Of a stretch of 64,000 bases of DNA, positions 1-12,410 are shown one piece after another. The stretch is from Tubiluchus corallicola. Lineage: Eukaryota > Animalia > Priapulida. The DNA is taken from assembly GCA_030141605.1 (NCBI GenBank), contig JAQGDQ010000137.1, positions 186,001 to 250,000 of the forward strand, written 5' to 3'. The position numbers and the translations under genes are program-made. A model generated the notes under the pieces. That model saw only the letters and a program-made list of their open reading frames with translations, was not told the DNA's origin and searched no databases. Position 1 is the stretch's first letter. Every line of letters begins with the position of its first letter.

Positions 1-39
1 CTAAAAGACCTGACCACAACGCGGTTATTGACGGTCTCT

Positions 40-1310
40 CCTCAACAATTTGTGAAATTGCGGCAGATTTGATGTGTCAACTGTTTCACTATTAAGTGAA
101 TTTCAAGGGCCCACAACACGAGAAGAGAAGAAATGAGGTCTGCTATTAGTGTGAGAGTATTGTACAAATAATTTAGAATTGTGTCCACGTAAATTACGTA
201 GTGGTCTAGAAAAAATTTGTCACTACGCAAAACAGAACTCCCACTAATGACTTTATAACAGTTAATAAGATCTATAGTATCACAGCATTGTTCAAGAGAA
301 GATACAGAGTCAGGTTGAATATCACAGGCCAGACTAATACATCTCCATTGAGTTCTTTCTAAAGCATTTTAAGAGTAACATGCTATGGTGACCAAACAAC
401 ACGTATATTTTAGTATTGGCCTAACTACAGCTTTATAAAGATGTACAATAACTTTTGCACTATGTGATGAAATGCAGTGTTTTATCATTCCAATGCGTCT
501 ATTAGCCCGAGAAATAATATACTCAATATGTGAGTTCCACTTCAGGTTGCTTGAGATTAATACCCCTAAATCACGTACAACTGATTTTTCTTCAATAACA
601 CCATCTCTCAGATAATAAGGTATTACAGAATTAAAATGAATACAAGTGAGCTGCATTTACTACGTTTGAGGAACATTAACATAGTTGTCACACCACCGCT
701 TAATTTCAGACAGGTCAGCTGGTAAGATCTCTTGATCAGAGGAATTTCTAATTGGACGGTAAGGTTTTATATCACCAACAAACAGTGTTATACATGTGCA
801 GGGAATACATAGTAACATCACTGATAAATATAAGAAAACAATAAGGTGCCCGACAAAGTCCATTGAGGAATGCCACTGGTTACATTTCTCCAGGAAGTGG
901 TTACACCATTTCCCTTCTGTGTGTTAAAAAATAATGAAATCATTGGAGTAGTTTCCCTCTTATATCAACAAATTCCATTTTCAACATGACACGACAAAGA
1001 GGAACGGAATCAAATGCTTTTCTAAAATCAATATATAGAATATCAATTGATGGGAGAAAAGGGTCATCAAAGAATTGGGACCAGTCATTTAAGCATTCGA
1101 GAAGATTTGTTATTGTGGAGCGTTGTGGTAAAGAGCTGTGTTATTATTGAATTGGCCAAAAGATAGGAGGAATTTTAGTACATCGTCTTACAAAAGAGAT
1201 TCAAGACATTTAGAGACAAGAGAAGACAGAGAAATAAAACGTAATTCGTCACATGTCAAGTTGGTGCTAGGTTTTTTGGGGATAGGAGTAACATTAATAC
1301 TGATCTTGTC
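40..1310 (-). mobile_element. Degraded CR1/L2-type LINE (RT domain plus C-terminal region), in the LysMD intron
   Basis: Minus-strand frames give RT motifs: ILYIDFRKAFDSVP (~1000-1050), VTSGIPQ (~865-885) and a degenerate catalytic motif FVGDIK. Further 3' are DLGVLISSNLKWNSHI...LYKAVVRPIL and the 3'-end motif LRGHNSKLF...HFFSSRVV. Many stops and frameshifts. Confidence 0.9.
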
Positions 1311-1377
1311 AATTGTTATAAAATTATGAAAGGACTCTCAGTTTTACAAAAAAAAGATTTTGTAAAAAGACCATGCA

Positions 1378-1495
1378 GAGAACTACGAGGCCATGATTCC
1401 CAAACTCTTCATCGAATATAGCCGAACCAACATCGGTTTTCATTTTTTTTGTCTCTCGTGTGGCCCATCCAGGGAACTCCCTCTCATCGATAAAT
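1378..1495 (+). mobile_element. Second CR1/L2-type LINE 3'-end fragment, opposite orientation
   Basis: Plus strand reads LRGHDS/KLFIEYSRTNIGFHFF/SRVAHPGNSL with frameshifts. This parallels LRGHNSKLFVQYSHTNSRPHFFSSRVVGP*NSL of the neighbouring minus-strand copy. Confidence 0.65.
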
Positions 1496-1780
1496 TTTAA
1501 ATGAATATGAGAAGGGACTCATACGAGTCGAACTCTAGGTCCCGGTGTCATTGTAAAGAAAATTGGTTGTCAAATCATTTCATTGTTTCGTTGTCACTGA
1601 GGAAACAACGAAATGACTTGAAAACCAATTGGTCCTTCGTTATCCTTTCTCTTGCGCCCCCCTATTACTTTCCTTCACCCATATTTTTCGCAATTGTTAA
1701 CTAAATATTCTAATTATAGGTTATGTCTTGTATTCACGAGATAAATAAGAAAATGTTTACCACTATCTAATGTAACTTAC

Positions 1781-1957
1781 AGAAACAGCATATTTCAAAG
1801 CAATGCCTTGAAGGGTGTCATCTGGGGCAACGGTATGACGTATAACTGTCTCAGTTCTAGAAAATGTATTAGCCGCAGTGCCGTATTTTGCTTGCTGACG
1901 CACGTAATGACCCAAAGATTGGGTTTCTTCCGTATGACCAATTTCTCCGTCGGCCAT
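1781..1957 (-). CDS. LysM domain-containing protein (LYSMD1/2-like), first coding exon; remainder lies off the left edge
   Basis: 59 codons MADGE...KYGT...IRHTVAPDDTLQGIALKYAVS, followed by a GTAAGT donor. H-x-V-x-x-x-DTLQGIALKY matches the LYSMD1/2 LysM start, with a phase-0 intron inside the domain. Confidence 0.9.
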
Positions 1958-2769
1958 ATTGCGATCAGTAGAGCAGAAAAGCGCAAAACAGCTGAGCATT
2001 TTCCGGAACGAATTCTTCTTTATCTAAGGACTGCTCCTTATAGATACAGGGTGAATGTTGTGGGGGCAATGGGTTCATGGCAATAGCATCTTTCCAAAAT
2101 CTGTTGTGATACTGGCTCTAGTCCAAAATCTTATCTGTAATTAAATAATGGTGTAATATGAGCACTGTTTCAGAGTTGCTTGCTGAAAGCTTTGCCAGTC
2201 TTCAAAGTAAAACAGCAGACTCAGCCAAGTGTGTCAAAAGTCTTGTATGTCACCATCATTCAAATTAAAAGTTTAATCTTCTGCTGTTATATATATCATC
2301 TTTATTCACACATAAAGATTGCATTACATGTTATATATAATAGGGTAAGTAGTGTCTATGTCTATAGTGCTATTTACATTGCTATATACATTATGCTGTT
2401 TGTAGCAAATACAACATTTCACTAATATCATTAACCGTGAAACCTTCAGTAACATATTCATTATTCAAACTCCAGAACAGAATGTATGATATTATATCGA
2501 CAGGTCTAGGTCTATAAGTATAAATATAGTGGTTTAAGTGTGCTCTAATACGATTTCTGTCGAGTATACTTATACTAGTAGGTTTGTTTAACACAACCAA
2601 CAAGCAAAACAGGATTAACAGACGAATTTACGTTACAATGGATATTTAAAATTCGCTTATGGAAGAGTATATCTACAGGATATATATCAGCAATACACAT
2701 TGTCATGCTCGAATGAGAATTCCTAAGCAAGTTTAAGATTCGTCTTAATGCTTTTGACCGTTGTGTCGC

Positions 2770-3015
2770 CTAATGGTCGCCGTTGTGAATGAGTCTTCTC
2801 CACGCATCCCTGTTGTTGACCATTTCTTCATTTATGTTCTTCTCACTAAGGTCTCCATTAATACATTCAATCCATCTTCACTTGGGTCGTCCTCTTCTAT
2901 ATCCCAACACTTCCATTTCCATGACCTCCCTTCCCACATGGTCTTCACCGACTCTTCTTTTCAGGTGTCCATACCATCGCAATATTGCGAGGCATCCACT
3001 ACTTTTACTGTCCTA
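2770..3015 (-). mobile_element. RTE-clade LINE 3'-end fragment
   Basis: Minus strand LRWYGHLKRRVGEDHVGREVMEMEVLGYRRGRPK*RWIECINGDLSEK...NRDAWRRL matches the typical RTE C-terminal LRWxGH..R / RGRP..RW / WR motifs. Confidence 0.85.
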
Positions 3016-3129
3016 GCGAGCCCAGTTTGCTTGGTTTGAGCTTAGAGACAGCAGAAGTTATATCACTTATTGCTACTGAAAGTTCATTACACTGTTCTTC
3101 TCCATAGCATAGCTTGTCATACTAATTGT

Positions 3130-3520
3130 TTGTTCCTTCATAGCTTGTGCCAACGCTGTTATGTAGTGTCTGGTAAACATGAGCAAAGTCATCAGCAGTT
3201 TCATTTGGATTATTTTTGCCATTTGTGCTATTATTAAAAGGTTTATCACGCTAACGCAGTTTTTTGTTTTCTTCCCAAAAAAACGTCTTGTGTTACATTC
3301 TGTAAGCGCAGTAGCCATTACTATGTCGAATGGCACAATGATATTTCAGATGTGTGGTTCTCCTTAGAGTGGCAATAACTGCCTCTCTTGGTCTGCCATA
3401 GTGCACCAAAGCTGATGCGAAAAAGCTTGCTGTCAGAGGGGCTCTGCATGAGGACTCAAACCAGCATAGCTACAGTGGGCATCTTTAGTGTTCAATAGTT
3501 TTGTTGTTGGGATTGACTGT
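3130..3520 (-). mobile_element. Degraded non-LTR retrotransposon fragment (endonuclease-RT linker region)
   Basis: Frameshifted peptides HQLW / GRPREAVIATLRRTTHLKYHCAIR / FFWEENKK / TADDFAHVYQTLHNSVG resemble the FWH.IW...GRP...YH.AIR...FW.E.K...LYNSV linker I recall from invertebrate LINEs. Confidence 0.5.
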
Positions 3521-4672
3521 TTGCCGGCTGCCAGACAGGAATATATAACAGAACCTCAACAACTCTTTATTGTACCAGTGCAAGTTGAAATCTACCAGCT
3601 TCAGTACGTCTTTTTCATTGGTTAATTAAAATAATTCTCGTTGCTGTTTGAGCCGGTGCTCAGTCATTCACATTGCATTGCCTTTTCGTGACGTATATTT
3701 AGTTGAAAAAGTTAGAAAACAACTAGAGGGACCAGCTGTACCTTGAAGCCTTGATGGAACTGTGTTGAGTCAAATTTGTGACAGGTGTTAAAGGGTGGTT
3801 TTAGAACTTTTATACTATCTCTTCAGATTTTCATGTTCCTTCTCGTTATGGCTGCCTAAATGTGTGATAACGTCCAAAGATTAAGTTTTACATTCTGCAG
3901 CATTGCAAATTTGTAGTCATTTACGTTGTTTTGTTTTTAGTTGAGATTATGCAGTCACGTTTTTGCTACAGAAGGAGCTAAGTGATTGTTTCTTCATGGT
4001 ATTGGTAGACTAAGCATATTTTCTAAAGTAAAGCTATTGCTGGGAACTTATTGTACATGGTTCAGAGGAGAAAATGAAAATGTACAGCTTATCAGTTGAG
4101 ATTGTAGCTTGTTGATGATATTAAGAGCATTGACTTAATCCACTTCGTAGATGACGATGTAAAATTACAAAGTGTTCACGTGACAAGAGCAAGGAGCAAG
4201 GTCCCTAGAGAGTTGCGAGCTGCACAACAAGTTGTTAAGATGTGGCAGATTAAGGTGTGAAAAACCCAGGCTTAGTTGAGAACGCTTTGCAGTGTGTTGT
4301 TAATATACATACATGAAATAGTTCAATAGTGTTTAACACTAGATAACTTAATAACAACTCAAGACAATTTATATCTTGTATTATCTTTATATTGCAAATG
4401 CAATCAATGTCTTTTGTGTGCAGTATGCTAAGATGATATCAAGATGTTAGAACAATAAGATGTTATACTAAGTGGTTAGATTTTAGCAATCTTATCTTAT
4501 GATGTATTGGTATGTCTTGGTATGTGACGTCTTCTCCTTTTATAAACTTATTCCATATTTACCCCAGTTGTTTGGTCAATCAGAATGATAGCGTATAACC
4601 AATAGCGTGAAAAAGGAGAAAAGATCAGAGGTGTAGCAGTAGCAGAACAGGAATATTAACGTAAATTAATTA

Positions 4673-5030
4673 CATGGTTCCCTCACTACTTTGCGGTTCG
4701 TTTTTCATGGACCAGCTGTTTCGCTGGTTTTCGAAAATATTAATGTAAATATTTATATCGGTATTTTCGCTGTTTCACGGGTTTTTGCAGTATTCCGTCT
4801 AAAGCATTTTTGCTTGAGATGCTACTTGCCGATGTGGGAATGTACACAACACATGATTGGTTGATTGATGGAAAGCGATGGACTCTTATGTATAAGAGTG
4901 TGGCGAGGGTTTATAAAGTCTTAAAATAATGCATAACTACTAAAATAAGTATAGCGTCCCTACTTTGCAGAAATTCACTTATCGCGTGCGGACCTGGAAC
5001 GGAACACCCGCGATAAGTGAGGGAACACTG
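4673..5030. mobile_element. Tigger/pogo-like (Tc1/mariner superfamily) MITE
   Basis: Left end TA-CATGGTTCCCTCACTACTTTGCGG and right end CCGCGATAAGTGAGGGAACACTG form imperfect inverted repeats. Internal TATCGCG/TTTCGC subrepeats are present. Confidence 0.7.
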
Positions 5031-5341
5031 TCACAACAACGACAGTGGACGGGACAGGATGTGACCTGATTAACGCGGAACGCCCGTGGCGCTGTCGTTG
5101 ATACAACCGTCAACAGCAAAGGTTAACAAAAAAAACTTGATAGTGGATTTTAATTAATTTTAAGTTACAACCGTTTTGCCATACCGTACTTATTGCTTAT
5201 TCTTTACATTTTAATTTTGTTTTTAGGTGGTTGTAATTATATTCGTATTTGTGACATAATAATATGATACCGAAACTTATTGTGGTATTAGCTTGAATAA
5301 GTCTTTTTATCATTATGCGTTGCTGGTGACGTTTAAACAAA

Positions 5342-5413
5342 ATGAGTTATCAGCTGTATAGAAATACCACACTTGGTCATACTTTACAAGAAAGCATCGA
5401 CGAACTTATCCAG
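5342..5413 (+). CDS. GTF2A2: Transcription initiation factor IIA gamma subunit, coding exon 1
   Basis: [24 protein letters not shown] followed by a GT donor. Near-identical to the conserved TFIIA-gamma N-terminus. Missed by the ORF track. Confidence 0.98.
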
Positions 5414-7118
5414 GTTAGATTTTTTTCAAATCAATTAACATTTCGTTTAATAATATGTTTTATTTATCAAAAAGAAGTGATTTGAAATTTTATTGTGAAG
5501 TACCGTCACTACCGTGGTACGACAATAGTCTACTTTGTGATTCAATTCAATACAATAGTACTACTAGTAGTAGTACTAGTACCAGTCAGTACTTAACTGT
5601 AGTAAAAATCTCATTTTTCAGGACATCACTTCACGGTAAAACATTAAAAACGTGCCTATTTTACTACTTTTAGAAATCTACTACTCATTTTTACATTGTA
5701 ATAATGCTTGTAATACAGTATTTATTGCCAGTACTTCACTGGCTGAAGAGGTTTTTCGCATCACTAAAATTCTAAAGCTTGCATTTATTAAAAGTCCTTA
5801 AAGCAGAACTTGGTCTTGCAGTTATTTTTGCTCGACTTTATTTACTTAATACAGTTTATTGGCAATTTCTGAGTAACCAATTCTAGACTAAACAGTAGAG
5901 AGAGTGTGTGATGATGCACCAATATGCAATGTAGGTGTGTTTATCAAATCGTTGCTGTTTGAGAGAGAGAGAAAGAGATTATAGCCTCTTCTTCCGCGAC
6001 AACACCAGTCACAGCTATTTAAACTGCACACAACATGTAAATTGTATTTGGGCAATTACTAAGTTTGCATAAACTTGCAAACAAATTTAGTTTTTCAGGA
6101 AAATTGGCCTAATGAGCCCGTGCATAGCATTAAGAACATTCTTACACACAGCCAAGTTGATGAAAAAAATTGTGCGGAAGAACTATAATGAATTCATTCC
6201 CAGTCGTACTCAACATGGAAAGTGATCCACCGGATTGAGCCGCATGTCAGAGATGGCGATGTTGCACCCACTGCCATTAAAACATTTAACTCACTCTGTA
6301 AATTACTTGAATTCCTTTCTTAGTTTAGCACAATGCCTTGGTAATGTGTAAAACTGCTAGAGAAAAATGAATTCAGTGTTCATTTTACATATTGCTAAAG
6401 TCACTTTTCCCCTTTTTATGTAATTTTACATTGTGTCCATATGCACATTTTATCCTAGTAATTGTACAAAAAAGTCTAGGAAGAGTAAGCAAGAGTCACA
6501 GCGAAAACATTTATTTCACACTTTTCCCAAATGCATAGGCACTATATAAAATCCCTAGGAATTTTATAAAATGTGTAATCTACATTGCCTGTAACATATA
6601 TATCTAGCAGGTTGAACCTGTATCCAGCCCAACCTAATTTCCCAACCAAAAATATGAGTATTAGTCTTCATAGAGATGTAGGAAATTAAGCTTATTAAAT
6701 TTTCGTTTAAAAAAATTGTTGAAGCTGTCGTTATTTAAGTTTCTACAAGCATGCCAAATTGTGTCTTCCTGTTTTCAGTCATTATTGCAATTTGAAATTT
6801 TGGTCTTATTTGGTCAGTGGTCATTGTAGATTTTCTTGGTCAACAGTTTTTTTTCTGGTGATGGTTCTGGCTTCCCTCGAAAGTTCATTACTGCTCATGA
6901 ACATGAGTGAAGGACAGTAATATCGACTATAAAATATTTTAGAAATAATAAAAATAAACATTACCATTATATTTTCTATTAGTATTGAGCTTATCTTATT
7001 TTGTTAATCAAATAAATCTTTAGTTAGCAGCTATTGATTGCTTTTCTTTATTTAAAACTATCAGTAGAAAATGTTCATGTGTAGTGTGGGGTTGTATCAC
7101 CGATTTTTGCTTTTTCAG

Positions 7119-7223
7119 TGTGGCCAAATCACACCTCAGCTGGCACTGAAGGTTTTGCTTCAGTTTGACAAGGCTATTAACAATGCACTAGCAACGAGAG
7201 TCAGAAATCGAGTCTCGTTTAAG
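7119..7223 (+). CDS. GTF2A2: TFIIA gamma, coding exon 2
   Basis: tttttcag|[35 protein letters not shown]|gtatct, 105 nt, phase 0/0. Confidence 0.98.
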
Positions 7224-7269
7224 GTATCTTGGTGATTGTGTATTTATGTTGTACTGCTTGTACAGTGTA

Positions 7270-7452
7270 CCGAGTGTCCCAAAAGAAAAAGTGCAATAGA
7301 TACAGATAGGTATGCTGAAATCTGCTGATGTGTCACACAGAAATGCTGTTAATTTAGAGGAAAAGATTATACTTAATGTCATGTTGTTCGTAACTTAATA
7401 TTTTGTTATGTTTGCGAATACTTTTAGGGCATAGTTTTTTTGGAATGCCCTG
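7270..7452. mobile_element. Tc1/mariner-type MITE in a GTF2A2 intron
   Basis: TA-CCGAGTGTCCCAAAA at the left and TTTTGGAATGCCCTG-TA at the right: degenerate CAGGGTGTCCCAAAA-type TIRs with TA flanks. Confidence 0.55.
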
Positions 7453-7819
7453 TACAATAAAATAAACTTCATTGTTTCAGTTATTGGTAAAGCCGAGTAA
7501 TCGGGAGGCTTACTGGCTACAAAATAACTGCTCTTTTCATTAGCTTATTAGTTTGGCCCACTATACTAATACTAATACACCGTTTGGTAATTTTCAAATA
7601 ACTTTCATAATTTTAAAGACCAGTGCATTTTTGTAGGTTCTAGATAAATTGATAAAGCTGTATGTGCATGTTAAGCGAGCTGGGCACAGGATTTTGATGG
7701 AACATGTGATAACAATCATAAATTGAAACCTTTTTGAAAAAAAAGATTTAACGTTTAGCAGACTGGCTGCCGTTGCTATGAAATACATTGTTTCCCATTC
7801 ATGCTGGAATATTTTTTAG

Positions 7820-7963
7820 GCTGGACACCTTAACACTTATCGGTTTTGCGACAACGTATGGACTCTTGTTTTACAAGATGTTGAATTCAAAGACGTGCAA
7901 GAAATGGTGAAAGTTGACAAAGTCAAAATTGTTGCTTGTGATGGAAAAGGAGCTGAAAAGTGA
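7820..7963 (+). CDS. GTF2A2: TFIIA gamma, coding exon 3 with stop
   Basis: tttttag|[47 protein letters not shown]. Contains the invariant YRFCDNVWT and VKIVACD motifs. Total protein 106 aa. Confidence 0.98.
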   Translation, partial: AGHLNTYRFCDNVWTLVLQDVEFKDVQEMVKVDKVKIVACDGKGAEK

Positions 7964-9694
7964 AATGTTTTATTACAACGTGTGCTTAATCATGTGCTAG
8001 AACTTACTTCGGCATGTATTATTTTGAACTCTGTACATACATTTATAGAATTTTTGTATTTCCAGTACATTGACATACTAGTTTTCGGCTTTTGTACAGT
8101 ATCACATTTCATTCCTTTCTCATGGGATTTCTTAAGATATATATATGAGTTTGAAACAATTTTCAGCCATCATTTTATTATTATATGTTTGCATCCAAAA
8201 TTTCCATCCATTTTTATCAAATACTCATTATGTCTATGGCAGACATTGGGCAAGAAAATTTTTTTAAAATAAAACGAAACCTGTCTTCAAGTCAGGTAAG
8301 TGTAGCAGTGAAGCCAGTAAACATTAGATGTTGCTACTGCTAGCAATGAGGCTTGTTAGCACAAAAGTCCTTATATGATGAATCTGAGACAGTGAGATTA
8401 ATCTAGTTATTCATATCATTATATTATGTGCTTATTCGTTGAAGGACATAACACTGTTAACATTCTGCTGCCAAATGTTTTGGTCCTTAGCTGCTTTCCA
8501 AGATGATTCATATTTCAGAATATGAGATGTTCCATTGAGATCTTTTTGCATGAAATCCATCCATGGTTCTTTGCCACTTGGTTTCTTTAATGGTTGAATT
8601 TGAATTCATTCCTCATTTTTATTAAATGTCCATTTTAAGTCTATGATTGACAACATTGGGCAAGAAAAATTCAAAATAGACAAAATTTGCCCTCAGGACA
8701 GATGAATACAGCAGTTGATCCAACAAAACAGACGAATACAGCAACCAAAAATCTAGTTTCCCCCATTCGTAATCAGCAAGTAATTGCCAGTGGTAATGAC
8801 GACAAGTTGGCTAGTGTATTCAAATGTCATTTTACAGACTGTAATACATTTGTAAATAAACCAATAGCATACAAGTGTTTTTGCTAATGTTGTGTCTTAA
8901 ACTAGGTTTACAAATTTTCAATTTCTTGTTTTAGATCATTGTAACTGAAATCATTGTTTATTTTCTTCTGGCTTTCTTTTGTTTAAAAATAAAATAATAC
9001 GAGACAACATGGCAAAGTAACTTTACAGAAGATAAATCCATTTTTTTTGCATTCATAATTTATTTTTAATGTTAATTACTTGTATAGACACTCAGACAGC
9101 TACAAGTGCAATTATCACTGTATGCAAAAAACGGCAGTTTTTTTTTCAAAATACAGAGCATGATGCCTATGTATGCTGAATTTTATGAACAAATCTTAAG
9201 CCGTAATTAACCCTATGTACAACTTCATAATAAAATAAATATTATCCAGATCTTAACAAGCGTAAATACAGCACCAGTGATTGAACAAGGCCTTGTGCAA
9301 TAGCTACAAAACAGTCCGAAAATTCAGGGAATTGTTCAACAATTCCCACATTATTTGTCATGATCCTATGTCAAACTTATGAAATTCACATCATTAATAA
9401 TTATAACATCATATAATAAACACGATGCCATCTAGTAGTGACCCAGTCACTATGGCACAATTATTACCCAACATCAAGATTTGCGATGTACATACGTTCG
9501 AGAATCGGACTGCTTGATACAACCTTGATTTTGACTGTTGTATCCGTTTCATGCCTATCTGATAAACAATGTGCCCACTACTTAGTCACTTATCTAGCTG
9601 CTTTGTATATGTGCGGCATGTCATAAAGAATGGAAAGAAGGGTAGATAAATAATTCATGTTTTTGATTTTTATAGTACAGCTCATACTATATTA

Positions 9695-9868
9695 TAGTAA
9701 ACCTTGCTATGATGACCCCTATAATGCCAACCTCGCTTAACGCCCAAATTTTTGCAAAACAATATATGTATATTTCCATGGACATGTATGTATTAATGAA
9801 ACTGTCAAACTCACTTAATACCAGCTTCTTTTGCAGTCCCAAAGTAGGCTGTAAAATAAGTTTGACTG
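9695..9868. mobile_element. Degraded Tigger-like MITE
   Basis: Ends TAGTAAACCTTGCTAT and ATAAGTTTGACTG, plus an internal GTCAAACTCACTTAA copy, resemble CAGTCAAACTCG-type TIRs. Confidence 0.4.
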
Positions 9869-10402
9869 CATAAACAAAAAAGTTCTAATCATTTTGCAAC
9901 AAAATCAGGTGTCGACATTTGAACAGGTAAAGTGGCACACATTTTTGTACCTCCACAGTAATATGTACAGCATAGACAGGGATCAATTTCTATTCTGGAA
10001 TGCATCACAATTACGGTCGCTAGGCATATTTAAGTGTCAAAACTTGAAATAAATTAGTTTATACACCTCAAAATAATCAAAAATAATTAAATACTAATTG
10101 GGAATGTCACATCTTGGAATACAATTTTATTGGAATATAATCATGGGAGTATAGGGAAAGGGAAAGCTGGCAAGTTGTAGCCAACAAGATCATTAAAAAA
10201 TCACAAATACATGCACATTGCATAACAAACTAGGATAACAAAAACAAGAGGAGACAAGTTTTCTAGCTTTGTAAAAAATGTTATTATGAGTAAAATTTGG
10301 TAATCTTAATTATCAGATTGAAAGTAACATGGCAGGCCAGTTTTAGGTCAAGCAAGTACACAGCCGAGTAGTGATGGCAGGTCTATGATAATGGGCTAGA
10401 TC

Positions 10403-10931
10403 CAGGGTTGCCGCTTCGTATGAAAAATTATTGTATTTTCTGCCAAAGCATCGTGTTTTCACCCAAATCGAAATTATCGCATTATTTACAACAAATTATT
10501 GTTATCGTACAATTTTGCACTTAATAAGTAACTATAAGACAAAAAAGTGACGTTAGCGAGACTTAGTGTAAAATTAAATTTATCAAAACACAGTAAAATG
10601 TCATTAATTTCTGCATGTGGAGATCAAGCCTTGTTGTTGTCATCATGATCATGAGCATTCTGTTTTGAAATTACTGCTTTTTTTCAGGAAGTTATGACCA
10701 CTAACTACGACCAGCATGCTTCAGACTACAATGAAATGAAAGTTCTTTTATTTCCCAGTTGTTAGCAGAAACGTTTTAAATGCTTTCAGTATATAATTTT
10801 TTCAAACCTTTGTTTTTGTTTTGTATCTATATTATCGTATAATGATCGATTATCATATAGTCTCTATTGTGCGGTAAGATGCCTCATATTATGACATATT
10901 CCACTGATTTATTTTATAAGCAGCAACCCTG
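10403..10931. mobile_element. hAT-type MITE in the presumptive myosin V 3' UTR
   Basis: TIRs CAGGGTTGCCGCTT / AAGCAGCAACCCTG. Flanking 8-mers GCTAGATC and GCTTCATC match 6/8, consistent with a decayed 8-bp TSD. ATCGTA subterminal repeats. Confidence 0.75.
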
Positions 10932-11189
10932 GCTTCATCTGATCCCATGACAACCACACTTGTGTTAAGTAGGCCTGACGTTTCACTGGATTCCCGAAAA
11001 GTAATTATGTCAACACAAAACAAGATCACAGAAAAATTAACATTAATGTTTGCAGCAGTTTCTGTTAGGTCTGCAACATACCGTTTTTTAACTAGCAAAC
11101 AATTTCTCTGGTCATTATTGTGGTGGATAAATACCTAGCCACTAACACACCACAAACACTTCTCTTTGTAAATGCCACACTTATCTACA

Positions 11190-11426
11190 TTATATTCTTT
11201 TGAGGAACTTCAAGCCAAGTGAGTCAGGTATACAAATCTGTTCTAGCTGTATCTGCGAAGGGTTAAAGGGAAAGCGTACAGGATAAGTAAATTTCGTATC
11301 CATCAGCAAATTTTGGGTTGAGTCGTTTCTCGAGCGAAGATGCTCTTGCACTTTTCGTATGAAAGATGTAGGCACTCTTTTTTCAAATTCATTGACAGGT
11401 GTGTATAGATGTAATATCTTGACAAT
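11190..11426 (-). CDS. MYO5: Myosin V exon v35 (last, stop)
   Basis: [27 protein letters not shown]...[13 protein letters not shown]. Confidence 0.95.
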   Translation of the reverse strand: MVKILHLYTPVNEFEKRVPTSFIRKVQEHLRSRNDSTQNLLMDTKFTYPVRFPFNPSQIQLEQICIPDSLGLKFLKRI

Positions 11427-11872
11427 CTATAAAAAAGACAATTTATTACATTTGATTTAATGATTTGCCAGCCAAGATGATCTAAAAGGTACTGTTAGTA
11501 TAATAACAACATTTCTTTTGTTCAAGCAAATTTAAATCAGTTGCACACAAAGTTGGCAGATGTTGTCACATTACTAGGCGTATTCCAACCTAAATCATTG
11601 TATTGTATACTCTATATCCTAAGTATACTATACTATATACTGGGAATCTATAGTGACCAAGTCTGCCATCTTCAGTGCTTGTCAAATGGGACTTTCCAGT
11701 TGTTTCAGCATCACATGTTTTCAACAATTATTACAAGAAAATAATAAAATACATGTTACGATAGCACAAGAAAATTCAGCAAAAGTTTAAATTTATAGTT
11801 ATTTTTGTTGCTATTTATAACCGAATTTTGTAAAATATTTTCAGATTTTCCTTAACAATACTTATAAGCTAC

Positions 11873-11995
11873 CTGTGGCACGCTAAGCTTTGAACACATG
11901 TCACATATACTAGCAACATCGTCGGCTTCCTTTCTGGCCTGCAGAAGCTGTGCTGCCTGAATGATTGGTTCTAACGCTTCAACAGCTCCGGAATC
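11873..11995 (-). CDS. MYO5: Myosin V exon v34 (DIL)
   Basis: DSGAVEALEPIIQAAQLLQARKEADDVASICDMCSKLSVPQ; AG/GT bounded. Confidence 0.95.
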
Positions 11996-12410
11996 CTAAA
12001 GAAAAAACAAATTGCATTCCGATAAAGATACTGTCTATGGGAACTATTTTCCTTAAATGCTTGTTTCAACATTCAAAAAGCAGAAGAACGAAAATAAAAG
12101 CATTAAACAAATTTATTTTTCCATTGTTAAATATATAAGGAGATAACAGTGATTTGTTTTAGAGCTACATAGAATATAACAATGTATATAAATTAATATT
12201 GTATGAAGCTAAAACAAATTTCTATTATGGGTTTGTAAATATTTAACAATGGAAAAAGAAATTCTTTTGCAGTTAATCTAAATTTTCATTCTTATGTTTT
12301 GAATCTTCAAACAAACAATATATCTACAATATAACATCGTCGAGTTTTTTACAAGGAACACATTAAGGTGCAAAACTACTGTTTGAAACTGTTTAAAATT
12401 GTAAATTAAC

